NCBI GenBank assembly: GCA_963712115.1 | Contig: CAVQGX010000025.1 | Location: 1 to 56,690 of the forward strand | DNA: 56,690 bases | Source: an uncultured delta proteobacterium | Lineage (GTDB): Bacteria; Desulfobacterota; Syntrophobacteria; BM002 | Direction: 5' to 3' | Shown here: positions 20,490 to 31,255 of the stretch, piece after piece | Numbering within the stretch: the first letter of the stretch is position 1 | How the letters are laid out: every line of letters begins with the position of its first letter | Made by a program: the position numbers and the translations under genes | The notes under the pieces: generated by a model | The model's database searches: none | Seen by the model: the letters and a program-made list of their open reading frames with translations, nothing else | What the model was told of the DNA's origin: nothing

Positions 20490-20855
20490 ATGGCTCGGAT
20501 TTTGGTTCTGGACGATGTGAAGGAGGCCGTAAACGCCGTTCGTAAAGTATTGGAGAAAAGAGGGCATGAGATAATTGGATTTACAGATGAAATTGAGGCT
20601 ATTGATCACGTGAACAACAATCCGGTTGACCTGGCTATCCTGGACATAAAGCTGAAAAAGATGGATGGTGTTGAGGTCTTGGGCAGACTAAAAGAGGTTC
20701 AACCCGGTATTAAGATTATTATGCTCACAGGTTACCCCACGCACGAAACAGTGGAGGAAGCAATGCGACTTGGCGCGAAAGCCTACTGCCTTAAACCCAT
20801 CGACCGAAGCGAACTCGAAAGGAAGGTGGACGAAGTATTGAGTCAGGCAAGCTAA
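20490..20855 (+). CDS. Single-domain response regulator
   Basis: ILVLDD, LDIKL, MLTG, LKP. Confidence 0.9.
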   Translation: MARILVLDDVKEAVNAVRKVLEKRGHEIIGFTDEIEAIDHVNNNPVDLAILDIKLKKMDGVEVLGRLKEVQPGIKIIMLTGYPTHETVEEAMRLGAKAYCLKPIDRSELERKVDEVLSQAS

Positions 20856-21271
20856 TTATAGTTAGCACTGAGCTATCAGCTTTCTCCCTTCTGAACGTGC
20901 CCCCCATATCTGGGTGATTCTACTCTCTTGGACCACTGGCGCTTAGCTTGCTGACTTTTCCACAATAAGGCTGACCGCTGAAGCCAACTCGACTATGTCG
21001 CCGAGGTTAGAAAGTTGAGTGCTTGGCCGGTAAAGTTCTTACAGTCGCTCCGAAAAACCATTGAAGCGCCGGGCTACTTCCGAAAAAACGAAGTCACAAG
21101 AACTGTTTGTGATCAAAAAGGGTGTGATATAGGCGGTCGAGGGTTGATCCATCCCCTATTTAACAGGTCTCTCATGTTAGAGAAACCTCTGATGGTTGGT
21201 AATGAAGGGCGAGGTTAGATTTTTTGCGAAAATAGTCGCTTCCTGACAAATACTGTAGAGGTAAAATTTCT

Positions 21272-23725
21272 ATGAAGTACAAAAATTACAATAAGTTACA
21301 AGAAAAGATCAAAGAGCTTGAAGATGAAATTGTAAGGCTCAAGACGGAAGAGTCCAGGTCAACGTTGATAGAAGAGGCGCTGCAGGAATCACTTGCCGAT
21401 TATGAACTATCGCTCGGTAATATCCCTGGCGTTGTCTACAAGGGATACAAAAATTGGGAGGTTGATTTTTTTGACGATAAGGTTGAGATCTTAACCGGGT
21501 ATCCAAAAGAAGTCTTTAATTCTCGACGGATGAAGTGGTCTGATTTAATTGTTGAGGATGACTTTGAAGCTGTCAAAGGCACAACAAAAATGGCCTTGAG
21601 GAGAAATGGATCCTATATCAGAGAGTACAGAATAAAGATCAGAAATGGTCGAACAAGATGGATTCGGGACAGAGGTTCCATAGTGTATGACTCGGATGGC
21701 GGCATTCAGCATTTCAGCGGTGTTTTCTTTGATGATACTGAAAGAAAGGAGGCTAGAGACGAAGTGACCAGGACCAAGATGGAGTTGGAGCAGATCTTTC
21801 GTACAGCAGCGGACGGAATGCGGGTAGTGGACAAGGATTTCAACGTGCTCAGAGTCAACGATACTTTTGTTGCCCTATCGGGTGTGAGAGAAGCAGAATG
21901 CCTGGTAAAGAAGTGTTACGAAATTTTCCCGGGACCCCTCTGTCACACACGCGAATGTAATATTAGACAGATTTTGGAAAGTGAGAACAGGATAGAATAC
22001 GAAACCGAAAGATACCGGATGGACGGCACCACCATCCAGTGTATCTCGACAGCAACGCCTTTCCGAAATGAACGGGATGAGATCCTGGGTATTGTGGAGG
22101 ACTTCAAAGATATTACGTATCGCAAGCGGATGGAGGAGTCTTTAGCGCAATCTGAGGCAAACTATCGGTTGTTGCTCAGTACGATTCCTTCTATTGTTTT
22201 TAAAGGATATAAGGATTGGTCCGTTGACTTCTTGGATGACAAGATCGAGAAACTGAGCGGCTATCCTAAGGAAGACTTCAATTCAAGAAAACTTAATTGG
22301 TACGATATTGTTGTTGAAGAGGATCTTCAATCGATACAAGAGTTATTTAAGAAGGCGCTGGAGGCCGATAAAGTCTATCTGCGAGAATACAGGATAAAAA
22401 CTAAATTAGGCGATGTTCGGTGGATTCGGGAGAGAAGCCACATTGTCCTGGATGAAAAGGGCGAGCTCGCCAATATAAGTGGCATTTTTTCTGACATCAC
22501 CGAAATGAAATTGATGAGCCAGCAGCTGGAAAGGTCTCATGAAGAACTGGAAGCTCGTTACCAGGAGATCAACGAGCTGAATGCCAATTTGGAGATGATG
22601 GTTGAGTTACGCACAGAAGAACTTGTCAACTCAGAGAAGAAGTACAGCCGGCTTTTCGAGGATTCAAAGGACATGGTCTATATATGCAATAAGCACGGAG
22701 AGGTCATGGAAATCAATCCCAGCGGTTTGGAGCTGTTGGGCTACGACTCCAGGGAAGATTGCCCACACCTCACCCTTGAGGATGTGTTCCGGAATCCGGA
22801 TGAGGCTCACAATTATCGTCTGACCCTGGAAAATCAGGGCTTCATCAAAGATTATGAGGTAGAGTTCAGGAAAAAAGACGGCGGAATCCTTAATATGCTG
22901 ATCACTGCAAATGCCATCTTAGATGAAGTGGGGCAATTCGCTGGATGCGAAGGGATTGCCAAGAATGTCACAGAACTCCGAAGAGTCACTGAACGTTTAA
23001 TTGAATCACAAAAAATGGCCACGGTAGGACAGTTGGCAGCAGGAGTAGCCCATGAGATCAACACCCCCCTTCAGATTATCTTGACCCATTCACAGCTTCT
23101 AGCAGACGAATTCCCGGATGGAAGTGAGGCTATTGAAGATCTCAAACTGATCGAGACACAGACCAAGATATGCGGCAAAATTGTCGCCGATCTTCTACTC
23201 TATTCGAGAAGAGGCGAAAGTGTTATTGGCTCTATTAATATCAACCAAACAATTGAAGAAGTGCTAGCGGTGATGGAGCATTCCCTAAACATAGACCGAA
23301 TCTATATCGCAAGGAACTTCGAATCTGATCTCCCCTCTATCTCTGGTGACGTTGAAAAACTGAAACAGGTTTATATTAATATGCTCAATAATGCTCATGA
23401 GGCAATTGGTACCGATGGTGCCATTGGCATTACTACCCACCACGACAGAGAAGCAGGAGAAATAGTTACGTGTTTTATTGATTCGGGGACAGGTATTAAT
23501 CTGGAAATAATAGACAAGATTTTTGATCCATTTTTTACAACCAAAGGGGTGGGAGAAGGTACTGGGCTTGGGTTATCAGTAATCATTGGAATTATTAAGG
23601 ATCACGGAGGGCATATTGAGGTTGAGAGTCCACTCTCTGCTGAAAGGCTGAAAATATTAGAAATCGGAGAAGGAGACAAAAGAGGTCCAGGTACTGCTCT
23701 TATCATCCACTTGCCTTCAACCTAA
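21272..23725 (+). CDS. Multi-PAS sensor histidine kinase
   Basis: Four PAS domains; AHEINTPL, DSGTG, FFTTK, GTGLGL. Confidence 0.95.
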   Translation: MKYKNYNKLQEKIKELEDEIVRLKTEESRSTLIEEALQESLADYELSLGNIPGVVYKGYKNWEVDFFDDKVEILTGYPKEVFNSRRMKWSDLIVEDDFEAVKGTTKMALRRNGSYIREYRIKIRNGRTRWIRDRGSIVYDSDGGIQHFSGVFFDDTERKEARDEVTRTKMELEQIFRTAADGMRVVDKDFNVLRVNDTFVALSGVREAECLVKKCYEIFPGPLCHTRECNIRQILESENRIEYETERYRMDGTTIQCISTATPFRNERDEILGIVEDFKDITYRKRMEESLAQSEANYRLLLSTIPSIVFKGYKDWSVDFLDDKIEKLSGYPKEDFNSRKLNWYDIVVEEDLQSIQELFKKALEADKVYLREYRIKTKLGDVRWIRERSHIVLDEKGELANISGIFSDITEMKLMSQQLERSHEELEARYQEINELNANLEMMVELRTEELVNSEKKYSRLFEDSKDMVYICNKHGEVMEINPSGLELLGYDSREDCPHLTLEDVFRNPDEAHNYRLTLENQGFIKDYEVEFRKKDGGILNMLITANAILDEVGQFAGCEGIAKNVTELRRVTERLIESQKMATVGQLAAGVAHEINTPLQIILTHSQLLADEFPDGSEAIEDLKLIETQTKICGKIVADLLLYSRRGESVIGSININQTIEEVLAVMEHSLNIDRIYIARNFESDLPSISGDVEKLKQVYINMLNNAHEAIGTDGAIGITTHHDREAGEIVTCFIDSGTGINLEIIDKIFDPFFTTKGVGEGTGLGLSVIIGIIKDHGGHIEVESPLSAERLKILEIGEGDKRGPGTALIIHLPST

Positions 23726-23748
23726 AAGGGGGGTTTCTTTACCCCCCC
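23724..23748 (-). terminator. Probable terminator between convergent genes
   Basis: GGGGGG/CCCCCC stem followed by TTTT on the minus strand. Confidence 0.5.
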
Positions 23749-23774
23749 AATAGGCAATGCATGAAACATCCTGG

Positions 23775-24689
23775 CTAGCTTACCACCCAAACCGCATTCC
23801 ACTTCGCTAGCTGTAAAACCTTTTTGCTCACACGACCCATAAAGAATTCTTCCACCCGGGACAAACCTCTTCGCCCCACAACAATAGTGCCACAGCCGGA
23901 GTTTCTGGCTTCTTCTACGATGGACTCAGCTCGACTGGCCGCTCCAGAGCGGATTTCAGTGGAGATACGATCGCGATTGAGGCCGGCCCTTTCCAAACGA
24001 TCTATAGACTCTTCCAAAAGAGTGGTTGCAGCTATTTCAGCTGTACGCAATTCTTCACTGGCCTCCACGGTCCAAGATTCGATGCCTCGAATGACATGTA
24101 AGACCTTTATCTCACAATCCGTAATGTCCATCATGCTTCCAGCAAAGTCCAAAACCTTCTTGGCCTCCTCCGAGGTGTCCATGGCTACTAGTATCTTGCC
24201 AGCTTGTGGGCTACCTCCTACGACACAGACGGGGACATGGGTCAGTCGCCCCATGAGCTTGTTGGCAACGCTTCCCCAGACAAGATCTTTTAGCTGGCTT
24301 TTTCCCAAGCGTCCAACAACTACTGCGTCATAACCCCGCTGTGACTCAGCGATAATGTCTCTGGCTATGCCCTTTTTCCTTTCCTCAATCTTGACACTGA
24401 CCTTATCCTCTGGGACGCCCTGATTCAAGAATAGCTGACGTGCTCTCTCCATGAATTCCTGGATCACTGTCTGTTCCCGCGTCGCCCAAGCTGCTGCGCT
24501 GCTGAGCTTGTGTTTGAATACTGGGCTTTTCTCCACATCCCAGAAACCCTCGGGAACTTTGCTCAGCGCATGGAAAAGAACAACTTCCACACGCTTAGGC
24601 GGAAACAATTGGCTAACATAGCGCACCGCCTCAAAAGCCTGATCTGAACCATCCACAGCCAGTAAGATCTTTCCTTTGTGTTTGCCCAT
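23775..24689 (-). CDS. Tandem universal stress protein
   Basis: Two USP domains (ILLAVDGS..VVGRLG..WGSV; ILVAMDTS..VGRRG..MGRVS). Confidence 0.92.
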   Translation of the reverse strand: MGKHKGKILLAVDGSDQAFEAVRYVSQLFPPKRVEVVLFHALSKVPEGFWDVEKSPVFKHKLSSAAAWATREQTVIQEFMERARQLFLNQGVPEDKVSVKIEERKKGIARDIIAESQRGYDAVVVGRLGKSQLKDLVWGSVANKLMGRLTHVPVCVVGGSPQAGKILVAMDTSEEAKKVLDFAGSMMDITDCEIKVLHVIRGIESWTVEASEELRTAEIAATTLLEESIDRLERAGLNRDRISTEIRSGAASRAESIVEEARNSGCGTIVVGRRGLSRVEEFFMGRVSKKVLQLAKWNAVWVVS

Positions 24690-24975
24690 GGGATACTCCT
24701 TTGATGATTCTGAGGTTAACCTATGAATACCAAACGGGAACCTATTATGGATACCGGGTCAGGTCAAAGCAAAACAAAAGGTGTCAAGTGAAAGGAAAAC
24801 AGATACTTATACTATTAGGCTACATTAGAGGCTGCAATCATGTCAATGTAAAAACCCCGCCTCGAGAGCAGAATCTTACTATTAGAAAACTCTCGCTCTT
24901 ATAGCTTTATAGCGCTCAGATATTAAGAGGACATTTACCCCAAGAAAACCTCTTGTTGAATTCCCTCACAATAAC

Positions 24976-24993
24976 GTTGTAAAAAATTACAAC
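24976..24993. promoter_or_regulatory. Palindrome, candidate enhancer for the promoter at 25179
   Basis: GTTGTAA-AAAA-TTACAAC about 190 bp upstream of the sigma54 site. Confidence 0.45.
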
Positions 24994-25178
24994 TCATGTT
25001 GCCGAATTAAACAGTTGATAAAGCACTAATATAACAGAACTTTTTCCCATCTTGCCCACGAGATCTTCTCCGAGTGTAGCTTTTTTAATCAATGAGCTTC
25101 CCACGCTCGCTTTTGAATAATCACTAATAATTACGAAATTTCAATAGTTTACAAAAATAATAGTGGTCCGACAAATGG

Positions 25179-25193
25179 TGGCACTCTCATTGC
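25179..25193 (+). promoter_or_regulatory. Sigma54 -24/-12 promoter
   Basis: TGGCAC-TCTCA-TTGC, perfect consensus. Confidence 0.85.
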
Positions 25194-25236
25194 TCTTAAG
25201 AGTAAGCGCACGACAACAACTCCAGACGAAAAGGAG

Positions 25237-25443
25237 ATGGCCATGAACGCCACTAAAAGAATCAAGAAAGATCAGGAAAAAAAGGCTGGGGTGCAAATCT
25301 GCATCTGGTCTGAGGCCGGGGTCGTTAGTAGCCGAGGCTGCACCAGACGACTGCACTGCGAGCGCTGCCTCTTTGACCAGAACATGATGGATTTCTTTGC
25401 CTACAATTTAACTCCACTACCTGCAATGCCTCATGCTGCATGA
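25237..25443 (+). CDS. Small protein consisting of one C-x12-C-x5-C-x2-C repeat
   Basis: CIWSEAGVVSSRGCTRRLHCERCLFDQNM matches the N-terminal repeats of the downstream GcvH-like protein; AGGAG RBS. Confidence 0.7.
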   Translation: MAMNATKRIKKDQEKKAGVQICIWSEAGVVSSRGCTRRLHCERCLFDQNMMDFFAYNLTPLPAMPHAA

Positions 25444-25502
25444 AATTAGATTGGCACTGTGGGAGCGTGCATTAAGAGCACATGAAGGGAGGTGTTACTA
25501 TC

Positions 25503-26426
25503 ATGGCTGGTAAAAGCAAAAAGAGCAAAAAGGCCAAAAGAGTTCAGGGTTTCAATATCCTGGAAGATGAGTGTATCTGGATGAAAGCAGGGGTGATCAA
25601 CTTCAGGCTTTGCGACAATGCATTCGATTGTACCAACTGCCCGTTTGATACTGCCATGACCCGGGCCCTTGAAAAGACAGGACCGCTGGTGAAGCAAAAA
25701 GATCAGGAGAGTTGGCGAGACCGGATGCGGCTCCGCTATGGGGATGAGCGTGAGTGCCGTCACATGCTTTCTGGTCGGGTGCAATACAAAATCTGTACCA
25801 ACGATTTTCGTTGTGATGTGTGCGAATTTGACCAGAGCTTGGATGAAGCCGAACTCCATGAACATCTGGGCAAGCCCGCTATCCACCGGGTACTAGGTTA
25901 CCAAGTGCCGGACAACTACTACTACCATCGCGGTCATGGCTGGGCTCGTGTAGAGTATGGCGGGCGCGTAAGATTGGGCTTAGATGATTTTTCCCTGAAG
26001 CTGGTGGGACCGGTGGATGAGTATCGTCTTCCTTCCTTAGGAAAGAAGGTGGGGCAAAGCGATGTCGGCCTCAGTTTGGCGCGAGAGAGTAATGAGGCCG
26101 AGGTGCTCTCTCCCATAACTGGCACAGTTGTAGCGGTTAACCATAAAGTCTTACGCCAGCCCCAGTTGAGCAACACGAGGCCCTACACCGAGGGCTGGTT
26201 GGTTGTTGTGGAACCTGAAAGACTAAAGGGCAACCTGAAAAACCTTCTCTTTGCTAAGAAAGAAGTGGATGGTTGGATGGAGCATGAGGTCCAAAGGCTT
26301 CACAATCTGGTAATGGCAGAGCATGGACCACTGGCAGCCACAGGTGGTGATCCCATCGATGACATCTATGGTAATGCTCCAGAGGTCGGCTGGAAAACTC
26401 TAGTGCACGAATTCTTGCTGACCTAA
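25503..26426 (+). CDS. GcvH-fold protein with tandem 4-Cys N-terminal domain, no lipoyl Lys (copy 1)
   Basis: YYHRGHGWARVE..VRLGLDDF..SPITGTVVAVN..PYTEGWL; Ser at the lipoyl-Lys position; ATG 25503 after GGAGGTG. Confidence 0.85.
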   Translation: MAGKSKKSKKAKRVQGFNILEDECIWMKAGVINFRLCDNAFDCTNCPFDTAMTRALEKTGPLVKQKDQESWRDRMRLRYGDERECRHMLSGRVQYKICTNDFRCDVCEFDQSLDEAELHEHLGKPAIHRVLGYQVPDNYYYHRGHGWARVEYGGRVRLGLDDFSLKLVGPVDEYRLPSLGKKVGQSDVGLSLARESNEAEVLSPITGTVVAVNHKVLRQPQLSNTRPYTEGWLVVVEPERLKGNLKNLLFAKKEVDGWMEHEVQRLHNLVMAEHGPLAATGGDPIDDIYGNAPEVGWKTLVHEFLLT

Positions 26427-26459
26427 CCGGGTCAGAGAACAGTGTAAATCTATATCAAG

Positions 26460-26497
26460 ATTTTGGCCGAGCAACTTGCTCGGCCAAAATGTTTTAT
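26460..26497. terminator. Long perfect hairpin, probable bidirectional terminator
   Basis: ATTTTGGCCGAGCAA-C-TTGCTCGGCCAAAAT then GTTTTAT, between convergent genes. Confidence 0.7.
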
Positions 26498-26692
26498 CCC
26501 TCCGCCAAGGTCAGGGCAAGCTGGCAGCAGACAGCGGGCAGCAGGCAGAGAAAAGCTAAGTACTAGGCCGAGTTCTGGGACTCTATGGTCTATGCTTTTT
26601 CAAATCCGCAATTCGCAATCCGAAATCCCAAATTCCCCAATGCTCCATGCCCCATGCAGGTGAGTGAAGCGTTCAGACGCTTCGCTCGGCCG

Positions 26693-27325
26693 TCAATCAG
26701 GCAGCCTCTGGATCTCATACCTCCGGTAAGCTTCTTCAAGAAAGGCCTCGCAGTATTCACAGAAAAACAAAGGTAATTCATCCAAATCGCTCGGCCCCGA
26801 GGAAATCCTCATTATGCATTCGGCTTGCCTACAATGAACCAGATCAAAGGTGTGCGCCACTTCATGGAGGGCCACTTTCACCGCACGTTCGTAGAAAGTA
26901 TCCAAAGATGCCCGACTCCCTTCTTCCTTCTGCTTGAGACGATGGAGTGAGACCACAGCGGCGCGTCCTCCCATTTGCGCTTCTCCGAACACGTGGGTCA
27001 GCACCGGAATAAAGAGGTCGACGCTCACTAGGGCCAAAATTCGAGGATGGGGGCGACTGCTTTCAGCGAGTTTCTTCAGAATCAGGGCGGCGTGGTACTG
27101 CTTACGCCTATCATTGTAAGCAAATTCGGGGGTTTGACGGGCGGGGAGAATATCCACCGGCACATGGAAAATCTCCTGTAGGTTGGCGGCAACAATGTTT
27201 AAGACCGCTTCGCCTACAGCGCCCAAGCGCACAACACCAACAACTCCATGTTTTGGCAGTGAAGTGGAATTGTTTGCCCCAGGGTTATCTGTTGGTGTTC
27301 GGGCCCGGGTATTCACAGGAGACAT
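26693..27325 (-). CDS. Archaemetzincin-like (M54) zinc protease, copy 1
   Basis: RKQY, VDLFIPVLTHVFGEA, HEVAHTFDLVHC-x4-CIM...FCEYC. Confidence 0.85.
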   Translation of the reverse strand: MSPVNTRARTPTDNPGANNSTSLPKHGVVGVVRLGAVGEAVLNIVAANLQEIFHVPVDILPARQTPEFAYNDRRKQYHAALILKKLAESSRPHPRILALVSVDLFIPVLTHVFGEAQMGGRAAVVSLHRLKQKEEGSRASLDTFYERAVKVALHEVAHTFDLVHCRQAECIMRISSGPSDLDELPLFFCEYCEAFLEEAYRRYEIQRLPD

Positions 27326-27331
27326 CTCAGA

Positions 27332-28687
27332 TCAGTTGCTGGCCCGGTCTGGGCGTAATTCATATTTTTTTATTTTCTTGTGGAGGGTGACCCGATTGAT
27401 TTCTAAGGCCTGCGCAGCCTTGGTGATATTCCAGTCAAATTCCTTGAGCACTTTATGGAGGTGAGCGATTTGAGTCTTTTCAAGGGAGTAGGTTTCCGCT
27501 GCTGCCAATAGATGAGGTGCTAGGAAGGAAAACTCCTCAGGGCCAAGGCGTCTCTTTTTGCTAATGACCACCGCCCGCTCAATGGCATTTTCCAATTCAC
27601 GAACATTTCCTGGCCAGTCATACTGTCTGAAAAGGGCCATGGCTTCTTTGCTAATGGTATCGATATCCTTGTTGGTCTCACGAGAATAGCGATCAAGAAA
27701 ATGATCTGCCAATAAAGGTATGTCATCCCGCCGCTGCCGAAGTGGGGGGATATGTAAAGAGATCACATTGAGGCGGTAGAAGAAATCCTGGCGAAATTCT
27801 CCTTTTTTAATGGCCTGTTGCAGATCTCTATTGGTGGCGGCAATTGTTCGGAAATCCACCTCGATTTCCGTGGTCCCGCCTAAGCGATGAAACTCCTTGG
27901 TTTCCAGGACGCGAAGAAGATCAACCTGCATCTTGAGAGGCACTGTGCCCACCTCATCCAGAAAGAGAGTTCCATGGTGGGCCAAATCCAGTCGTCCTTT
28001 CTTTGCCCGGTGAGCGCCGGTAAAAGCGCCGCGCTCATGACCGAAAAGCTCGCTCTCCAATAAATGCTCTGGGAATGCACCACAATTGATGGGAATAAAA
28101 GGACCATTATGCCTGGCACTTTTTGCGTGGATAGCTTTTGCTACCAATTCTTTGCCCGTACCGGTCTCCCCCGTTATCAAGACTGGGGAATCACTCTCAG
28201 CCACATCCTGGATCATAATGAATAACTCCTGCATAGCCTCAGAGCGACCCACAAGGTTCTCGAAGCGAATCGCTTCAGCCATCTGCTCACGGAGAAAAAT
28301 GTTTTCGTCCAGGATCTTCTTTTGCTGAATGAGCTTTTCCGTCAGCAAAGAGAGTTGATCAGGATCAAAGGGTTTCATGAGATAGTCAATGGCTCCCCTT
28401 TTCATAGCCTGAACGGCTGTTTCCACCGAACCATAGGCAGTGATCATCACCACTAGAGTCTGAGGATAGTCCTCTTTGACCACCTCGAGAACCTCGATCC
28501 CGCTCATCACCGGCATCATAATGTCCAGAAAGAGGAGGTCGTAAGGGGTTTTCTCCAACATAGCCAGGGCAGCGCTGCCACCCTCTGCGGTGTCTACTTT
28601 ATAACCACTTTTTTTCAGCCAGCCATGGAGTGACTCGCGAATGACCAGTTCGTCATCTACCACCAGAATGCTAATTTTGTTTGCCAT
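27332..28687 (-). CDS. NtrC-family sigma54 response regulator
   Basis: Receiver domain, GETGTGKE, GAFTGA, HTH. Confidence 0.95.
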   Translation of the reverse strand: MANKISILVVDDELVIRESLHGWLKKSGYKVDTAEGGSAALAMLEKTPYDLLFLDIMMPVMSGIEVLEVVKEDYPQTLVVMITAYGSVETAVQAMKRGAIDYLMKPFDPDQLSLLTEKLIQQKKILDENIFLREQMAEAIRFENLVGRSEAMQELFIMIQDVAESDSPVLITGETGTGKELVAKAIHAKSARHNGPFIPINCGAFPEHLLESELFGHERGAFTGAHRAKKGRLDLAHHGTLFLDEVGTVPLKMQVDLLRVLETKEFHRLGGTTEIEVDFRTIAATNRDLQQAIKKGEFRQDFFYRLNVISLHIPPLRQRRDDIPLLADHFLDRYSRETNKDIDTISKEAMALFRQYDWPGNVRELENAIERAVVISKKRRLGPEEFSFLAPHLLAAAETYSLEKTQIAHLHKVLKEFDWNITKAAQALEINRVTLHKKIKKYELRPDRASN

Positions 28688-28788
28688 GGTATTCCCTTAT
28701 CTAAATGGCGAGTGAATAACGCCCACCAAGAGATCTGTGCACCATACCCGCCCAGGGATGAGAGCACCGTCTCATTTTGGGGTATTGC

Positions 28789-30396
28789 TTAGGGACCTTT
28801 ATTTACTATGGGAAATCTAATAGTAAAGGTTGATCCGGACCCCACCTTGCTGTCCACAAAAATGCTTCCCTGGTGTTCTCGAATGATTCCATAAACCACA
28901 GAGAGCCCTAGACCGACCCCTTTACCCTCCTCTTTAGTCGAGAAGAATGGCTCGAAGATTATCGAGAGGTTTTCGGCGGGAATGCCGCAGCCGGTGTCAC
29001 TAATTTTAATGTGGACCATACGTTTTTTCCTCTCGAAAGAGGTGCTGAGGGTCAATTTGCCACCATCGGGCATGGCCTCCATGGCGTTGAAGATCAGGTT
29101 CATAATACATTGCTGGATTTGATTATAATCTCCAGTTATTTCGGGGAGGTCAGGATCCAACTTTTCGATGATGGCAATGTTTTGCAGCTGCATCCGGTGT
29201 CGGCAAAGAAGAATCACTGAGCGGATGATGTCGTTGATATCGACTCGGCGACGTTCCAACTCTTTCTGGCGAGAGAAAGAGAGCAAATTGGATACAATCT
29301 GGCCGCAACGGGAGGACTCGTGAGCAATAAGTGCCAGATAACGGCGGAACTCTTCAAGCTCCTCTGCTTCAAGCTGACCCTCTTCCAAGGTGCGGAGCAT
29401 TAGTTTGGCCAGGGTATGTATCCCGGCGATGGGATTATTGATTTCGTGCACGCTACTGGCAACCAATTTGCCCAGGGCAATCATTTTGTCTTCATGTACC
29501 AATCTGGCCAAATCTTTTTTGACCTGCTTTGCTTTACGCTCAAGCCGAGACTCGAGCTCATCCGTTATGTCCCGATAAAACTCAAAAACCATGTTGACTT
29601 GGCCATAATTATTTTTCAAGGGGTAAGTGAATACCTCTAGATAGCGGGGCTTGTTTTGGCGATCCAAATGCTCGTGAATAGCGTGGGCGGAAAGGCCGGT
29701 TTTAATGGTTTCCTTCATGGGACAGTGGCAGGCTTTAGAATCGCAGGGCTGCAAGGAACGATGGCTGAGCTCATGACAGGTCCTACCAATTACTTCCTCT
29801 TTGGGCAAACCAAGCAGGCTGAGCATGGGCTCATTGGCATCGAGAATGCGAAAATCTTGTCGCAAAAGGAATAAAGGTTCTCTCATTCCAGCGAATAAAG
29901 TATTGATCATACTTTGGGAAAAATCCAGGTCACGTTCCCGAGCCTCAAACTCTCCACTAAAGTTGATCATATCTCCTATAAGTCGCGAGATGGTGAAATC
30001 CAGAACCTGGACCTGGGGTGGTTTGTTCCTGATTAGGTCATCAAGCAGTTCCTCTTTGCCTGTTAGCTCAACAATCAAGTCCAGGTTATCCAAGTGAGGG
30101 AGATCACGGTAGTCGGTAGTAGTGTAGATACCCTGCTCTTTGGCGAGACGAAAGCCCGGAGCCTCCGGATTGATGTCTACCACTGCGACGATTTTGGCTT
30201 TAAGATGTTCAAAGCGCCCCGCTGCAAACATTTCCAAAAGGGCCCTACACCTTGTTCCGCCTCCGATGATGGCGATGTTCGCCCCCTTCCTGGATTTATT
30301 TTTTTTCTTCCGGGAGTTGGATGGGGGAAGATGACTCTTGTCGGCTGACTTGGCGGATTGACGGTGTTTACCTTGACTTCTGCGCACTTTGGCCAT
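28789..30396 (-). CDS. Histidine kinase with N-terminal Rossmann-like domain and Cys-PAS
   Basis: [24 protein letters not shown]; PAS; VHEINNP, FFSTK, GVGLGL. Confidence 0.92.
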   Translation of the reverse strand: MAKVRRSQGKHRQSAKSADKSHLPPSNSRKKKNKSRKGANIAIIGGGTRCRALLEMFAAGRFEHLKAKIVAVVDINPEAPGFRLAKEQGIYTTTDYRDLPHLDNLDLIVELTGKEELLDDLIRNKPPQVQVLDFTISRLIGDMINFSGEFEARERDLDFSQSMINTLFAGMREPLFLLRQDFRILDANEPMLSLLGLPKEEVIGRTCHELSHRSLQPCDSKACHCPMKETIKTGLSAHAIHEHLDRQNKPRYLEVFTYPLKNNYGQVNMVFEFYRDITDELESRLERKAKQVKKDLARLVHEDKMIALGKLVASSVHEINNPIAGIHTLAKLMLRTLEEGQLEAEELEEFRRYLALIAHESSRCGQIVSNLLSFSRQKELERRRVDINDIIRSVILLCRHRMQLQNIAIIEKLDPDLPEITGDYNQIQQCIMNLIFNAMEAMPDGGKLTLSTSFERKKRMVHIKISDTGCGIPAENLSIIFEPFFSTKEEGKGVGLGLSVVYGIIREHQGSIFVDSKVGSGSTFTIRFPIVNKGP

Positions 30397-30770
30397 GGAG
30401 ATAGACTCCCCAAAAATGTGTAACTTGTTTTACTATATCGGAAAGTGTAGCATTTCGCAACATTAGCTTGGGCCATAAAAACGATATGAGAAGAGATTAG
30501 TAGTTTTAAAAGATACCGGCTGTGCCAGTAGATCCGCGAGTGAATAGCTTTGCTGGTAGAGATGGCGAGCTATTTTGGAGTAGTGGAGTGCTAGCGTGGC
30601 TAAGAATTCCAAATAACAAGGACTAAGGTTTCTGTGTTCAGGTTTAAGGTTTCAGCTTTTGTGTTTTTCCTCCCTGACACCTGACACCTGATCCGCCTCC
30701 GGCGGAACACCTAAAACCCTGAGAATTGGTGGGTGTAATTTGACATTTTAAAATGCTCCACCAGTGTCAT

Positions 30771-31034
30771 TCAGTGTTCCAGATCAAAAAGACCGATGGC
30801 TGGTTCGTACTTTGTTCTGAATTGTGGATAGATTTCTGAGAGTAACTGGTAATATGGTGAGATGAACTTGAGCTTCTTACAAACCAAGTCTAACCTGAGG
30901 TTTGGACATTTCTCGCAGGTCCAAGCTCTCCAATCGTGTTTGGCAGCATGCATCAGACAATCCCCATAAAAAGGGCATTCAATGAATCTTTGTCCTTCCC
31001 GGTTAACTGGGTGGGCTGACTCTGCTGTGTACAT
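30771..31034 (-). CDS. Small Cys-rich protein (87 aa)
   Basis: ATG 31034 with GGGAG RBS, downstream of a sigma54 promoter; CPFYGDC...CEKC. Confidence 0.7.
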   Translation of the reverse strand: MYTAESAHPVNREGQRFIECPFYGDCLMHAAKHDWRAWTCEKCPNLRLDLVCKKLKFISPYYQLLSEIYPQFRTKYEPAIGLFDLEH

Positions 31035-31098
31035 TTTTCTCCCGCAGCCAATTTTCGACTCCGAAAGGAGCCGGGTTATCATGCGATTGTTTAAAATG

Positions 31099-31113
31099 GC
31101 AACAATCGTGCCA
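31099..31113 (-). promoter_or_regulatory. Sigma54 -24/-12 promoter
   Basis: TGGCAC-GATTG-TTGC on the minus strand. Confidence 0.85.
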
Positions 31114-31255
31114 TTATGACTTTTATCCTTAAAATAATGATTTAATTGTATTTTTTGTGCCATCGCTAAATTAGATAGGAATGGAAGCAAGTAAATCTTG
31201 GGGGAGGATTTCGGTACAATAATAAGATTAATTAATTAAATCAAATAGTTAAAAA

